From NCBI GenBank assembly GCA_965279525.1, contig CBDIIB010000004.1, forward strand, positions 1,088,001 to 1,152,000: 64,000 nucleotides of DNA, in the 5' to 3' direction. The notes beneath the pieces were generated by a model that searched no databases, was not told the origin of the DNA, and saw nothing but the letters and a program-made list of their open reading frames with translations. Both the position numbers and the translations under genes were made by a program. Of this stretch, positions 42,393 to 53,502 are shown piece after piece. Source of the DNA: Tagaea sp. (GTDB lineage Bacteria > Pseudomonadota > Alphaproteobacteria > CACIAM-22H2). Each line of letters begins with the position of its first letter. Position 1 is the first letter of the stretch.

Positions 42393-43067
42393 CTACCAGG
42401 GAAGTTCGGAGCCGTCGTAGTTGAAGAACTTGCCGTTGTCGGAAGGCTTGAGGCCCTCGATCACCTTGCGAAGGCCGGCGATCGATTCAGCCGGGTCGAT
42501 CGCGGCGGACGCCCCGCCCATGTCGGTGCGCACCCAGCCCGGATGCGTGCAGACCGTCGTGATGCCGCGTGGCGCCAGCTCGATCGACAGGTTCTTCGCG
42601 ACCGAGTTGAGGGCCGCCTTCGAGACGCGATAGGGCATGCTGCCGCCCGAGGACTGCGCGTTGGAGCCCATACGCGAGGACATCAGCACGATCTTCTTCT
42701 GCGCGCCGCGCGCGACCGGCTCGACCAGCGCTTCGACGACGCGCAACGGGGCCAGCGTGTTGGTGCGCAGGATCTGCTCGAAATCCGCGTAGTCCGTCCC
42801 GCCGAGCTTCCAGTCGCGCCCGGAATAGATCCCGGCATTGCAGACCAGCACGTCGATGCTGTCCTTCGCGAGCCGGGCGCCGAGCCTTTCGACCGACGCG
42901 GGATCGGTCACGTCGCATAGGTACACTTCGCCGCCGGCCTTCGAGACGTCGGCGCCCCGGGCCATGTCGCGCACCGTGCCGATGGCACGCCAGCCTGCGG
43001 CCGAAAACTGACGGACGAATTCCAGACCCAGCCCGCGCGAAGCGCCCACCACCAGTACCGTCGGCAT
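42393..43067 (-). CDS. SDR family oxidoreductase (C-factor-like)
   Basis: [30 protein letters not shown]. Confidence 0.92.
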   Translation of the reverse strand: MPTVLVVGASRGLGLEFVRQFSAAGWRAIGTVRDMARGADVSKAGGEVYLCDVTDPASVERLGARLAKDSIDVLVCNAGIYSGRDWKLGGTDYADFEQILRTNTLAPLRVVEALVEPVARGAQKKIVLMSSRMGSNAQSSGGSMPYRVSKAALNSVAKNLSIELAPRGITTVCTHPGWVRTDMGGASAAIDPAESIAGLRKVIEGLKPSDNGKFFNYDGSELPW

Positions 43068-43068
43068 G

Positions 43069-43458
43069 TCAGCGCTTCCTCTTGCTGGCGGTAACCTCGA
43101 TCTCGATCTTCATGCGGGCATCGACGAAGCCTGTGACCAGCGTCGTGTTCGCCGGGCGGATTTTCGCGAAGTGCTTTCCCACGATGGGGGCGACCGTCGC
43201 GAAATCCGCACGTTTGGCGAGAAAGATGCGCACGCGCACCACGTCGGCAAGGGTCGATCCCGCCTTGTCGAGGGCGGCCTTGATGTTGGCGAAGCACTGC
43301 TCGGTCTGGGCGGCCACGCCGCGCGCGATCGCCATCTTCGAATAGTCGAAGCCGGTCGTGCCCGAAACGAACACCCAGTCGCCGTCCACGACGGCGCGCG
43401 AATAGCCCGCGAGCTTCTCGAAGCTGGACCCGGAGGAGATCAGTCTGCGGCCTGCCAT
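43069..43458 (-). CDS. RidA/YjgF family protein
   Basis: GYSRAV, VSGTTG, IRPANT, KIEIEVTA; AGGAG RBS before ATG 43458. Confidence 0.9.
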   Translation of the reverse strand: MAGRRLISSGSSFEKLAGYSRAVVDGDWVFVSGTTGFDYSKMAIARGVAAQTEQCFANIKAALDKAGSTLADVVRVRIFLAKRADFATVAPIVGKHFAKIRPANTTLVTGFVDARMKIEIEVTASKRKR

Positions 43459-43495
43459 GCGTTCTCCTGGAAATCGTTCGCAGTCTAGCCCGGAA

Positions 43496-44668
43496 TCACG
43501 TCGTTTCGGCAAACAGCTCGCGCCCGATCAGCCAGCGCCTTATCTCCGACGTTCCGGCCCCGATCTCGTAGAGCTTGGCGTCGCGCAGCAGCCGGCCGGT
43601 GGGGTAATCGTTGATGTAGCCGTTGCCGCCGAGGAGCTGGATCGCGTCCAGCGCCACCTGGGTCGCCTTTTCGGCGGCATAGAGGATGGCGCCGGCGGCG
43701 TCCTTGCGGGTCGTGCGGCCGGCATCGCAGGCCTTGGCCACCGCATAGACGTAGCTCTTGCAGGCATTCGTCGTCGTGTACATGTCGGCGAGCTTGCCTT
43801 GCACGAGCTGGAATTCGCCGATCGCCTGGCCGAACTGCTTGCGCTCGTGCACATACGGCACGACCACGTCGAGGGCCGCCTGCATGATTCCGCAAGGGCC
43901 GGCCGCGAGGACCGCGCGCTCGTAGTCGAGCCCGCTCATCAGCACGTTGACGCCTTTGCCGATGTTGCCCAGCACGTTTTCGGCCGGCACTTCGCAATCC
44001 TGGAAGACGAGCTCGCAGGTGTTCGAGCCGCGCATGCCGAGCTTGTCGAGCTTCTGTGCGCGCGAGAAACCCTTCATCCCTTTTTCGATGAGGAAAGCCG
44101 TGATGCCCTTCGAGCCCGCCGACGGATCGGTCTTGGCGTAGACGACGAGCGTATCGGCGTCTGGCCCGTTGGTGATCCACATCTTGTTGCCGTTGAGGAC
44201 GTAGCGCTCGCCCTTCTTCTCGGCGCGCAGCTTCATGCCGACGACGTCGGACCCCGCCCCCGGCTCCGACATGGCGAGAGCACCCACATGCTCGCCGGAA
44301 ATGAGCTTGGGCAGGTATTTGCGCTTCTGCGCCTCGTTGCCGTTGCGCGCGATCTGGTTGACGCACAGGTTCGAGTGGGCGCCGTAGGAAAGCCCGACCG
44401 AGGCGGACGCGCGGCTGATCTCCTCGACCGCCACGCAATGCGCGAGATAGCCCATCGCCGCACCGCCATACTGCTCGGAAACCGTGATGCCGAGCAGGCC
44501 CAGATCGCCGAACTTGCGCCACAGGTCGGCCGGGAACTCGTTGGAGCGGTCGATGTCGGCGGCACGCGGTGCGATCTCGTCGGCGGCGAAGCGGGCCACC
44601 TGCGTGCGCAGCATGTCGATGTCGTCGCCAAGTCCGAAATCGAACTGGGGCAGCGCGTTGCCGGCCAT
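43496..44668 (-). CDS. liuA: Isovaleryl-CoA dehydrogenase
   Basis: [45 protein letters not shown]. Confidence 0.95.
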   Translation of the reverse strand: MAGNALPQFDFGLGDDIDMLRTQVARFAADEIAPRAADIDRSNEFPADLWRKFGDLGLLGITVSEQYGGAAMGYLAHCVAVEEISRASASVGLSYGAHSNLCVNQIARNGNEAQKRKYLPKLISGEHVGALAMSEPGAGSDVVGMKLRAEKKGERYVLNGNKMWITNGPDADTLVVYAKTDPSAGSKGITAFLIEKGMKGFSRAQKLDKLGMRGSNTCELVFQDCEVPAENVLGNIGKGVNVLMSGLDYERAVLAAGPCGIMQAALDVVVPYVHERKQFGQAIGEFQLVQGKLADMYTTTNACKSYVYAVAKACDAGRTTRKDAAGAILYAAEKATQVALDAIQLLGGNGYINDYPTGRLLRDAKLYEIGAGTSEIRRWLIGRELFAETT

Positions 44669-44686
44669 CGTTTCCTCCCTGTTGGG

Positions 44687-45145
44687 TTACGCCCGTCCGT
44701 CGGACTTGCCCGCCATCACCATCAGCGTCTGCAGCATCGTGGCACACAGCTTCGTCTGGCCGTTCTTGTGCGCGAACACGTCGACTTGCGCCACCACGAG
44801 CGTGCGGCCGGGTTTCAGCACCCGGCCTTTGGCAAGGATCGTCTGCCCGTCGGCGGGGGCAAGCAAGTTCATCTTGTATTCGACCGTCAGCACGCTGGCA
44901 CCCGCCGGCATCATCGAGAAGCCGGCATAGCCGCCGGCCGAATCCGCGATCATGCCGACCACCCCGCCATGCACGTAGCCGTGCTGCTGGGCGATGGCTT
45001 CGGCGTGGTCGACGGCAATATGCGCGTGGCCGGGTTCGAGATGGACGATGCGTGCGCCGATCGTCGCCATGGCGCCCTGTCGCGCGAAACTGTCGCGCAC
45101 CTTGGCGTCCCAATCGGGATCGGCCGGCGTGAAGGTGGCTTGCAT
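44687..45145 (-). CDS. PaaI family (hotdog-fold) thioesterase
   Basis: QQHGYVHGG, ADSAGGYA, LTVEYKMNLLAPA, KPGRTL. Confidence 0.9.
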   Translation of the reverse strand: MQATFTPADPDWDAKVRDSFARQGAMATIGARIVHLEPGHAHIAVDHAEAIAQQHGYVHGGVVGMIADSAGGYAGFSMMPAGASVLTVEYKMNLLAPADGQTILAKGRVLKPGRTLVVAQVDVFAHKNGQTKLCATMLQTLMVMAGKSDGRA

Positions 45146-45166
45146 CGGGCTTCCCCTCCCCTCGAA

Positions 45167-45182
45167 CATACGCTACCGTATG
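45167..45182. promoter_or_regulatory. Probable TetR operator
   Basis: Palindrome CATACG-CTAC-CGTATG in the short gap between the divergent thioesterase and TetR genes. Confidence 0.65.
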
Positions 45183-45184
45183 GT

Positions 45185-45742
45185 ATGGTCGCGCGCCTGT
45201 CAACGAAGCCCCGGCTGGACGCCCGCGTCTGGATCGACGCCGCCCTCGACGCGCTGGGCGCCGAGGGCCAGGGGGCCGTTCGCGTCGAGCCATTGGCCAA
45301 GCGTCTTGGCGTGACCAAAGGGTCGTTCTACTGGCATTTCCGCGACCGCGACGACCTGCTGTGCCGGGCACTGGCGAACTGGCAGGACGCGCGCATCGCG
45401 GCGATCCGTGTGCAGGCATCGGAAACACCCGACCCCAAGGCGGCACTCGCAGCCCTTCTCGATCTCTATGCCCGCGCACCCAACCCGAAGGGGCTGGCGG
45501 TCGAACTGGCGATCCGGGCACTCGCCCGGAACCACGCGGCGGCGGCGGATGCGGTTACCCAAGTCGACGCCGAGCGCCTGGCACGCGTCGCGACGCTGTT
45601 TGCCCGTGCCGGCCTGGATGCGGAGCAGGCGCAGGCGCGCGCCCTGCTGTTCTATGCGTTCCTGTTCGGCCAGAGCCTGCTCGGCGGCAGGCGCCAAGCC
45701 GCAAGAATTGCCGAAGCGGCACGGATGGTTCTCGCGATCTGA
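45185..45742 (+). CDS. TetR/AcrR family transcriptional regulator
   Basis: HTH VRVEPLAKRLGVTKGSFYWHF; exact start uncertain. Confidence 0.88.
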   Translation: MVARLSTKPRLDARVWIDAALDALGAEGQGAVRVEPLAKRLGVTKGSFYWHFRDRDDLLCRALANWQDARIAAIRVQASETPDPKAALAALLDLYARAPNPKGLAVELAIRALARNHAAAADAVTQVDAERLARVATLFARAGLDAEQAQARALLFYAFLFGQSLLGGRRQAARIAEAARMVLAI

Positions 45743-45782
45743 TCTGCTATTCTTGCCGGACCGGAAGCGCGAGGACCCCCAC

Positions 45783-46484
45783 CTGCCGCTGACGCTCATA
45801 AAATTTGCACCCGCCTTTGGATTGCCGGACCCCAGTCCGTTCTGCATCAAGGCGGAGCTGCTTTTGAAAATGAGCGGCCTGTCCTATTCGGTCGAGATCA
45901 GCGGCAACCCCGGTCGCGGCCCCAAGGGCAAGCTGCCGGCCTTGCGCGACGGCGACGCGCTGATCGGCGATTCCGAATTCATCCGCAAGCATCTCGAATT
46001 CGCCTACGGCATCGATTTCGACAAGGGGCTGGGTCCGCTGCAACGGGCCCGCGCGCACGCTTTCGCACGCATGCTCGAGGAGCGCACCTACTGGTGCGGC
46101 GTGCAGACGCGCTGGATCGAGGAGTCCGCGTGGCCGACGGTGTCGCGCACGTTCTTCGGCAACCTGCCGCCGGTCGTGCGCACGCTCGTGCCCGCGATCG
46201 TGCAGCGCATCGTGCGCCGGCGCATGCGCGTCCACGGGATCGGCCGGCACACGCGCGAGGAGATCATGGCGCTGGGCATCGCCGACTTCGCCGCCGTCTC
46301 GGTCGAGCTGGGCGACCGCGCGTTCTTCATGGGACAATCGCCGACCGCCATCGACGCGACTGTCTACGCCATGCTCGCCGGCATCGCGATTCCGCCCTTC
46401 GACAATCCGATCCGCACGTCGGTCCTCGCCACGCCGAATCTCGTCGCCTATATCGAGCGGATGCGGGCGCGCTATTTCGCCTGA
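45783..46484 (+). CDS. Glutathione S-transferase family protein (metaxin/FAX-like)
   Basis: PDPSPFCIK, GPKGKLP, IGDSEFI, FFMGQSPTAIDA; apparent CTG start after GAGGA. Confidence 0.8.
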   Translation: MPLTLIKFAPAFGLPDPSPFCIKAELLLKMSGLSYSVEISGNPGRGPKGKLPALRDGDALIGDSEFIRKHLEFAYGIDFDKGLGPLQRARAHAFARMLEERTYWCGVQTRWIEESAWPTVSRTFFGNLPPVVRTLVPAIVQRIVRRRMRVHGIGRHTREEIMALGIADFAAVSVELGDRAFFMGQSPTAIDATVYAMLAGIAIPPFDNPIRTSVLATPNLVAYIERMRARYFA

Positions 46485-47383
46485 CGACGCGTGCCCAGCC
46501 ACAGGCCCGGCATCAGCAGCGCCAGTCCCACAAGATGGAAATCCGCGAGCCGTTCGCCGAGCAGCAGCCAGCCGAGACCGGCCCCGTAGAGCGGCGTCAG
46601 ATACAGGATCAGGCTTGCCGTCGCGGGACCGAGCGCCACGACGATCAGCGAATAGGACAGGTACGAGCCCACGCCCGGCACCAAGGCGAGAAACAGCACG
46701 ATGCCGGCCGTCCGCCATTCGAGCGGCGTGGGCGCATGGAGCGCGAACTCGGCGACGTAGAACGGCAGCGTGACGAGCACGCCGCCCGCACAGATCGCCG
46801 CAAGCCGCGCGGTCGGATCGAAGCGCGTCGGGCTGTGGCGCAGCAGCACCGAATAGACCGACCAGGCGACCATCGCCACGAGAATCATCAGGTCGCCGGG
46901 TACGAATTCGAGCCGCAGCACATTGCCCGGATCGCCGCGCAGCACGATCCACAGCATGCCGGCAAGGCACGCCACGATGCCCAGCACCTGGCGCAGGGCG
47001 ATCGGTTCGCCGTAGCGCAGCCACGCGATAAGCACGACCAGCACGGGCGAGGCGGCGTAGATCAGCGCGATGTTCATCGCCGTTGTCGAGATGCCGGCAT
47101 AGTAGACCGGCGCGCCGCACACGCCCATGCCGAGGAACCCGAGCCAGAGATAGGTGCGCCACTGCGCGCGGATCTCGTCGCGCCCGCGCCACAGCCGCTC
47201 GGCGGCGAAGGGCAGCAGGATCGCCAGCGTGATCGTCCAGCGCCAGAAGGCGAGTGCCACCGACGGGACCTCGCCGGCGTTCCAGCGCGCCACGAGCATG
47301 TTGCTCGCGAAGAAAAGCGGGATCAGGAAGAACAGGACGAGCGCCGTGCGCCGTCCGATCTGGGGCGAAACGATGGAGGCCAT
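46472..47383 (-). CDS. DMT/EamA family transporter
   Basis: About ten hydrophobic segments; LAFWRW, GDL, LLLGE motifs. Confidence 0.9.
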   Translation of the reverse strand: MASIVSPQIGRRTALVLFFLIPLFFASNMLVARWNAGEVPSVALAFWRWTITLAILLPFAAERLWRGRDEIRAQWRTYLWLGFLGMGVCGAPVYYAGISTTAMNIALIYAASPVLVVLIAWLRYGEPIALRQVLGIVACLAGMLWIVLRGDPGNVLRLEFVPGDLMILVAMVAWSVYSVLLRHSPTRFDPTARLAAICAGGVLVTLPFYVAEFALHAPTPLEWRTAGIVLFLALVPGVGSYLSYSLIVVALGPATASLILYLTPLYGAGLGWLLLGERLADFHLVGLALLMPGLWLGTRRQAK

Positions 47384-47489
47384 CGCGGAACCTAACCGCC
47401 GGCCGCGCCGTTGTCGCCACTTGCGCAAGCTTGACAGGTATGCGCCGGCATCGGATGTCTAGCGGCAACCGGAGAGGGAGACCGAAGCC

Positions 47490-47795
47490 GTGCTATTCAT
47501 GATCGTCGAGAGATTCAAGGATCAGGACGCCGTGCCGGTCTACCGACGGGTGCGCGAGAAGGGGCGCCGTCTCCCGAAGGGGCTGACCTATGTCGGCAGC
47601 TGGATCGAACCGAACTTCGATCGCTGCTTCCAGCTGATGGAGTGCGACGATCTCCGCCTGCTGCAGGAGTGGATCCTGGGCTGGCGCGGTGCCGGCGTCT
47701 CGTTCGAGATCGTTCCGGTCGTGCCCAGCAAGGAAACGCAGGCGGTCGTGGCGCCGTTCCTGAAGCCGGCGAAGCCGAAGCGGACGCGCGGCTGA
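47490..47795 (+). CDS. DUF3303-like small protein
   Basis: MLFMIVERF, GRRLPKGLTYVGSW, RCFQLMECDD, FEIVPV. Confidence 0.75.
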   Translation: MLFMIVERFKDQDAVPVYRRVREKGRRLPKGLTYVGSWIEPNFDRCFQLMECDDLRLLQEWILGWRGAGVSFEIVPVVPSKETQAVVAPFLKPAKPKRTRG

Positions 47796-47814
47796 ACCGG
47801 TCGCCCCTGCGGCT

Positions 47815-48384
47815 TCAGGCGGGCAGCGAACGCCGCCCGGCGGGCATCCTCGGCATCAAGCTCTCGATACCCGGATAGCTGCAGGCGATCAGGAGCATGT
47901 CGACCGTTTCGCCGTCGGAGGACAGCGGGAAATAGACTCGTTCGCTGTCGATGAAATCGCGATTGGGATGCGGCATCGGGAATCTGTCGTAGACGGGACT
48001 GCCCGTCTCGACGACGGCACGCATGTTCGCGCCGATCCGGCCGACGAAATCGGCAAGGACCGCATCCTCCAGGAAGAGACCGGTGATTTCGCGACCCGCC
48101 ATGTCCGATTGCGCCGATCCGACGAGACGGTAACGGAAGCGCATCCGGTCGGCTTCGCGCACGACATCGACGAGATTGATCAACTGGAGATTCGGCACGA
48201 AGTCGCAAGGATCGATGTCCCGCCGCCCTGCCAGCTTCTTTCCGTGCGCTCGTTCGGCAAGATACTGCCGCACCCGCCCGAACCAGGGGTGAATGCTGTC
48301 GAAGTCAGCGCCTCGCGGGACGCGAACTGCATGGCCGCCTGCGGGATCGGTCATCGAAACCGCCCTCGTTGGATCTGCCGGCAT
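47815..48384 (-). CDS. Stand-alone PAS-domain protein (PAS_5-like)
   Basis: RRDIDP, FRYRLVGS, GREITG, ERVYFPLSSDG; start uncertain (48384 or 48354). Confidence 0.75.
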   Translation of the reverse strand: MPADPTRAVSMTDPAGGHAVRVPRGADFDSIHPWFGRVRQYLAERAHGKKLAGRRDIDPCDFVPNLQLINLVDVVREADRMRFRYRLVGSAQSDMAGREITGLFLEDAVLADFVGRIGANMRAVVETGSPVYDRFPMPHPNRDFIDSERVYFPLSSDGETVDMLLIACSYPGIESLMPRMPAGRRSLPA

Positions 48385-48488
48385 GAAAATCGAGGATCGA
48401 CTATAGCACGAACCGGCGCGGAACGCCGGCCGCACGATGGGCCGCGCGCGTACTGCGATACCTGCGTCCCGACCTCAGTTCTGCGGTA

Positions 48489-50768
48489 TCAGTTGGCTTG
48501 GTCGACCTGCGCGTCGATGACGCAGAAGGCGGCCATGTTGACGATGCCGCGCACGCTGGCACTGCCATCGAGGACATGGACCGGCTTGTTCATGCCCAGC
48601 AGGATCGGGCCGATCTTCTGCGCCTCGCCCAGCTCCTTGAGCAGGCTGAACGAGATGTTCGCGGCATCGAGTGTCGGCATCACCAGAAGGTTCGCCGCCC
48701 CTTCCAGCCGCCCTTCGAGGATGCGCTGGCCGCGCAGCTCCTGCGACATCGCCGCCTCGGCCGTCATCTCGCCGTCGACCTCCAGATAGGGCGCCATCGC
48801 CTGGATGCGCTCGAGGGCGGCGCGCATCTTGCGGGCACTCTTGGTGTCGGCCGATCCGAAATTCGAGTGCGACAGCAGGGCCGCCTTGGGCTTGATGCCG
48901 AAATGCTTGATCACGTCGGCCGCGCGCACGGTCATCTCGGCGATCTGGACGGGCGTTGGATCGGGCGTGACGTGGGTGTCGCAGATGAAGACCGTGCCAT
49001 GCGCGTGCACGAGCGCGGAAAGTGCCGCCGGCACCTCGACGCCGGGCCTGAGCCCGATCACGTCGATGATGTCGTTGAGGATGCGCGAATAGCGGCCGAC
49101 CAGCCCGCAGATCAGGCCGTCCGCCTCGCCCTGCCGCACGGCGAGCGCGCCCAGCACGGCATTGCGCGTGCGCACGATGGTGCGCGCCGTATCGGGCGAC
49201 ACGCCGCGCCTGCCCATGATCTGGTGATAAAGCTGCCAGTCGCGCGCGTAGTTCGGCACGTCCTCGGGATTGAGAAGCGTGAAGTCCTTGTCGATCTCGA
49301 TGCGCAGGCCGAGCTTCTCGATGCGCTTGCGGATCGTCTCGCGCCGGCCGATCAGGATCGGCAGGCACAGCTCCTCGTCGATCAGCGTCTGCGTGGCGCG
49401 CAGCACGCGTTCGTCCTCGCCGTCGGCGAAGATGACGCGCTTGGGATTGGCGCGCGCGCGCTCGAAGATCGGCTTCATGACGAAGCCCGAGCGGTAGACG
49501 AACTGCGACAGCCGGTCGCGATAGGCGTCGAAATCGGTGATGGGCCGCGTCGCCACGCCCGAATCCATCGCCGCCTTGGCGACGGCGGGGGCGATTTCGG
49601 TGATCAGGCGCGGATCGAAGGGCTTGGGGATCAGGTTTTCGGCACCGAAGGCCGGCGGCTCGCCGCCATAGGCCGCCACGACGATGTCGGAGGGCTCCTG
49701 CATGGCGAGATCGGCGATGGCGCGCACGGCCGCGACCTTCATCGCCTCGTTGATCGTCTTGGCACCCACGTCGAGGGCGCCGCGGAAGATGAACGGGAAG
49801 CACAGGACGTTGTTGACCTGGTTCGGGTAGTCCGACCGGCCGGTCGCCACGATCGCGTCGGGGCGCACGGCCTTCACTTCCTCGGGCAGGATCTCGGGCG
49901 TGGGATTGGCAAGGGCCAGGATCAGCGGCGCCTTGCCCATCTTCGCGACCATCGCGGGCTTCAGCACGCGCGGTGCGGAAAGGCCCAGGAACACGTCGGC
50001 ATCGCCAATCACGTCGTCAAGCGTGCGCGCGTTGGTCTCGCGCGCGTAGCGCGACTTGCGCGGGTCCATCTGCTCGACGCGACCCTTGTAGACCACGCCC
50101 GCGATGTCGGTGACCCAGATGTTCTCGACCTTCAGCCCCAGATCGACGAGCAGGTCGAGGCACGCGAGGGCCGCCGCCCCTGCCCCCGACGTCACGAGCT
50201 TGACCTTGTCGAGCGACTTGCCGACCACGCGAAGGCCATTGAGGATCGCCGCACCCACGATGATCGCCGTGCCGTGCTGGTCGTCGTGGAAGACGGGGAT
50301 GTTGAGGCGCTTCCTGAGCTTCGCCTCGATCTCGAAGCACTCGGGCGCCTTGATGTCCTCGAGATTGATGCCGCCGAAGGTCGGCTCGAGCGAGGCGATG
50401 ATGTCGACGAGCTTGTCCGGATCGCGCTCGTCGATCTCGAGGTCGAACACGTCGATGCCGGCGAACTTCTTGAAGAGGACGGCCTTGCCCTCCATCACCG
50501 GCTTGCTGGCGAGCGGGCCGATGGCGCCGAGGCCCAGCACCGCCGTGCCGTTGGTGATGACGGCGACGAGATTGGCGCGGCTGGTGACGGTGGCCGCCTC
50601 GGCCGGATCGGCGACGATCGCCTCGCACGCGGCGGCCACGCCCGGCGAATACGCCAGAGCGAGATCGCGCTGGTTGGCGAGCGGCTTGGTCGCGACGATC
50701 GCGAGCTTTCCGGGAGTGGGAAGCCGGTGATACTCGAGCGCGCTATCGCGCAACTTGTCGTCGGCCAT
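48489..50768 (-). CDS. maeB: NADP-dependent malic enzyme with C-terminal PTA domain
   Basis: [50 protein letters not shown]; start ATG 50768. Confidence 0.95.
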   Translation of the reverse strand: MADDKLRDSALEYHRLPTPGKLAIVATKPLANQRDLALAYSPGVAAACEAIVADPAEAATVTSRANLVAVITNGTAVLGLGAIGPLASKPVMEGKAVLFKKFAGIDVFDLEIDERDPDKLVDIIASLEPTFGGINLEDIKAPECFEIEAKLRKRLNIPVFHDDQHGTAIIVGAAILNGLRVVGKSLDKVKLVTSGAGAAALACLDLLVDLGLKVENIWVTDIAGVVYKGRVEQMDPRKSRYARETNARTLDDVIGDADVFLGLSAPRVLKPAMVAKMGKAPLILALANPTPEILPEEVKAVRPDAIVATGRSDYPNQVNNVLCFPFIFRGALDVGAKTINEAMKVAAVRAIADLAMQEPSDIVVAAYGGEPPAFGAENLIPKPFDPRLITEIAPAVAKAAMDSGVATRPITDFDAYRDRLSQFVYRSGFVMKPIFERARANPKRVIFADGEDERVLRATQTLIDEELCLPILIGRRETIRKRIEKLGLRIEIDKDFTLLNPEDVPNYARDWQLYHQIMGRRGVSPDTARTIVRTRNAVLGALAVRQGEADGLICGLVGRYSRILNDIIDVIGLRPGVEVPAALSALVHAHGTVFICDTHVTPDPTPVQIAEMTVRAADVIKHFGIKPKAALLSHSNFGSADTKSARKMRAALERIQAMAPYLEVDGEMTAEAAMSQELRGQRILEGRLEGAANLLVMPTLDAANISFSLLKELGEAQKIGPILLGMNKPVHVLDGSASVRGIVNMAAFCVIDAQVDQAN

Positions 50769-50799
50769 CGCGCACGCCCGGTTCTGTAAAAAAGAGCAA

Positions 50800-50888
50800 T
50801 GGGTGCGGTCGAGAGAAGACTCGAACTTCCACGACCTTTCGGCCACCAGCACCTCAAGCTGGCGCGTCTACCGTTCCGCCACGACCGC
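50800..50888 (-). tRNA. tRNA-Leu (anticodon GAG) with small 3' anomalies
   Basis: GCGGTCG acceptor pairs with CGACCGC; anticodon arm CCAGC-TTGAGGT-GCTGG; long variable arm; TTCGAGT T-loop. Confidence 0.9.
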
Positions 50889-50997
50889 ACATCGCCTAAG
50901 TGCTTCGGCTGAGCCCAGACCCAAGGGCTTGCCAAGCACGGGGAGGCGGGGATACCAAATCGGGGGGGTATATGCAAGACCCCCCGCCGGGTGCCCA

Positions 50998-51678
50998 ATG
51001 ACTTGGAAAAACAGCCCCTTGGACGACCTCGCCTGGATCGTCGCGGACGGCCTGACGGCCTATCCCGAAGCACTCGCCTTCATGGAAGCGCGGGTGGCGG
51101 AAATCCACGCCGGAACCGCACCCGAAACGGTCTGGCTGGTCGAACATCCCCCGCTCTACACGGCCGGCACGTCGGCCAGGGAAGGCGATCTCGTGGCACC
51201 GGGCCGCTTTCCCGTCTTCGAGGCCGGGCGCGGCGGCCAGTACACCTATCACGGGCCCGGACAGCGCGTGGCCTACGCGATGCTCGATCTCAAGCAGCGC
51301 GGCGGCGACGTGCGCGCCTATGTGATGCATCTCGAAGAATGGATCATCCGCACGCTCGCGCGCTTCAACGTCAAGGGCGAGCGGCGCGAGGGGCGCATCG
51401 GCATCTGGGTCGACCGCGGACCCGACGGACACGGCGGCCGGCGCGAGGACAAGATCGGCGCACTTGGCGTACGCGTGCGGCGCGGCGTGACGTTCCACGG
51501 CATCTCGCTCAATGTCGACTGCGACCTTTCGCACTTCGCCGGCATCGTGCCGTGCGGGATTTCGACGCCCGGCTACGGCGTAACGTCGCTCGCCGATCTC
51601 GGCCAGATCGTCCCGATGCCGGAGATCGACATGGCGCTGGAGGCGGCGTTCCGCGAGACGTTCGGGTTCCCGGTCTAG
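50998..51678 (+). CDS. lipB: Lipoyl(octanoyl) transferase
   Basis: [41 protein letters not shown]. Confidence 0.95.
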   Translation: MTWKNSPLDDLAWIVADGLTAYPEALAFMEARVAEIHAGTAPETVWLVEHPPLYTAGTSAREGDLVAPGRFPVFEAGRGGQYTYHGPGQRVAYAMLDLKQRGGDVRAYVMHLEEWIIRTLARFNVKGERREGRIGIWVDRGPDGHGGRREDKIGALGVRVRRGVTFHGISLNVDCDLSHFAGIVPCGISTPGYGVTSLADLGQIVPMPEIDMALEAAFRETFGFPV

Positions 51679-52412
51679 TTCCGCAGGGCAGTCCACAGGA
51701 AGTTCACCCCGCCCGCGATCACCAGCACGTCCATCATTCCGGTGTGGATGCGCATCGGCAGCCGGTCGACCAGCCATTTGGCCACGTAGCCGCCCGGCAG
51801 CGTGGCGATGCCGACGATGATGCCGACCATCAACAGGTTGGCGTCGAGCAGGCCGGTGGCGGCGAACATCGCGAGCTTCGGGAAATGGGTCGACAGCCCG
51901 ACGGCGGCGATCGATCCGATGAGGGCGGCCCCCTTGAGACCGGTCGCCATCAGCAGCGCCGAGACGAGGAAATTCGTGCCCGGCGTGGCGCCCGAAAGCA
52001 GCCCGAACGCCCCGCCCGCCACGACCGTCCCCTTCGGCCCGAGCGACAGCCGGCGGCGCTCGAGCATGTGGCGCACCGGCACCGACGCGATCAGGAACAC
52101 GCCCAGGAAGAGTGCCAGCTGCCTGGGTTCGAGGACGGTCAGGATCCAGGCGCCGGCAAACGACATCGGCAGACCGAGCGCCGACATCCGGCGGATCTCC
52201 GGCCACGAGAGATCGCGACGGAACGCCCACAGGCGCCCGAATCCCGTGAACAGCGTGGCGACCGTCGTCGCCGGCACCACGCCCGCGATGCCGACGATCG
52301 GTGCAAGGAATATCGGGATGACCATTCCGACGCCATATCCGGCGACACCGCCCAGCACCGACGCCGCGAAGGCGGCGGCAGCGGCGACCGCAAGGTCCGC
52401 AAGGTCGATCAC
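51675..52412 (-). CDS. TauE/SafE (TSUP) family transporter
   Basis: [11 protein letters not shown], hydrophobic; GTG start overlapping the upstream paralog's stop. Confidence 0.85.
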   Translation of the reverse strand: MIDLADLAVAAAAAFAASVLGGVAGYGVGMVIPIFLAPIVGIAGVVPATTVATLFTGFGRLWAFRRDLSWPEIRRMSALGLPMSFAGAWILTVLEPRQLALFLGVFLIASVPVRHMLERRRLSLGPKGTVVAGGAFGLLSGATPGTNFLVSALLMATGLKGAALIGSIAAVGLSTHFPKLAMFAATGLLDANLLMVGIIVGIATLPGGYVAKWLVDRLPMRIHTGMMDVLVIAGGVNFLWTALRN

Positions 52413-53179
52413 GCCGCCCCCGTCCACGCGCGCCACAGGAACGTGACGCCGCCGAACAGCACGAGCGCGTCCATCATCGCCGTATGGATCGACATCGAGA
52501 ACCGCTCGAGCAGCCACCGCCCGACGAAGGCGCCCGGGATCGTGCAGGCCCCCATCAGCAGGCCGGCGAGTGCGAGATCCGGATCGAGCGTCGTGCGCGT
52601 GCCGAAAACCGCGACCTTCACGAGATTGGTGAACAGCGACACGAGCGCGTCCGTGCCGATCAGTGCGGCCCCTTCCATGCCGGCGGCCATGAACGTGGCG
52701 ATGACGATGGCGCCAAGCCCGGTCATGCCGCCGATCAGGATGCCGTAGGTCGCCCCGCCGGCGACGATGCCGCCATCCGACGCGCGCCAGCCCGCTTTCG
52801 CCAGCACCCGGCGCAGCGGCACGCTGCCCAGCAGGCACAGGCCCAGCACGGCCGCGATCGCCGTGGTGGGGAGCAGCGTATAGACATAGGCCGACAGTAC
52901 GCAGCAGGGGATTGCCCCCAGCAAAGCGAGGCGCGCGCGCGGCCAGTCGATGTCGCGCCAGAAGGCAACGACGCGGCTGAAATTCGTGATCGCCATCGAC
53001 ACGGCCATCGTCGGGATCACGCCCGCCACGCCGACGACGGGTGCGATGATCACCGGCAGGATCAGCCCCACGCCATAGCCCGAAACGCCGCCGACGATCG
53101 AGGCGGCGAACGCGGCGAGGCCGACATAGGCAAACGTCAGCGCGTCGATGTCGGCAAGGTGGAAGGCGGCCTGTTCCAA
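52409..53179 (-). CDS. TauE/SafE (TSUP) family transporter
   Basis: ASIVGGVSGYG, hydrophobic; probable TTG start. Confidence 0.85.
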   Translation of the reverse strand: MEQAAFHLADIDALTFAYVGLAAFAASIVGGVSGYGVGLILPVIIAPVVGVAGVIPTMAVSMAITNFSRVVAFWRDIDWPRARLALLGAIPCCVLSAYVYTLLPTTAIAAVLGLCLLGSVPLRRVLAKAGWRASDGGIVAGGATYGILIGGMTGLGAIVIATFMAAGMEGAALIGTDALVSLFTNLVKVAVFGTRTTLDPDLALAGLLMGACTIPGAFVGRWLLERFSMSIHTAMMDALVLFGGVTFLWRAWTGAA

Positions 53180-53189
53180 ACCCGGCCGC

Positions 53190-53483
53190 CTACTCGGTCG
53201 TCGGCAGCTGGACGAAGCCCGTCCAGCCTTCGTCCTCGGCAGGCTCGGCAACAAGCGCATCGACGCGCGCGGTCGGCGGGCCCCTGCGGCAGGCCTCGAC
53301 CATCTCCTCGACAAGGCCGGCGGGCCCGGCGAAGCAGGCTTCGACGCTGCCGTCGGACCGGTTGCGCACCCAGCCATGCAGGCCGCGGCTCTGCGCGTTC
53401 TCGACGGTCCAGCCGCGGAACCACACGCCCTGCACGCGCCCGGCAACGCTGACGCGCCGCGCGATGCGCTCTTTGGAACCCAT
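53190..53483 (-). CDS. acyP: Acylphosphatase
   Basis: GRVQGVWFR, GWVRNRSDGSVE, GPPTARV. Confidence 0.93.
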   Translation of the reverse strand: MGSKERIARRVSVAGRVQGVWFRGWTVENAQSRGLHGWVRNRSDGSVEACFAGPAGLVEEMVEACRRGPPTARVDALVAEPAEDEGWTGFVQLPTTE

Positions 53484-53502
53484 GAATTCCTCCCCGGCGG
53501 CC

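Noticed and set aside
50769-50997. Integrative element at tRNA-Leu, and the N-terminal ORF extensions of maeB and lipB
   Set aside because: No integrase or duplicated tRNA 3' end in the window; the extensions run through the tRNA and are ORF-caller artefacts.
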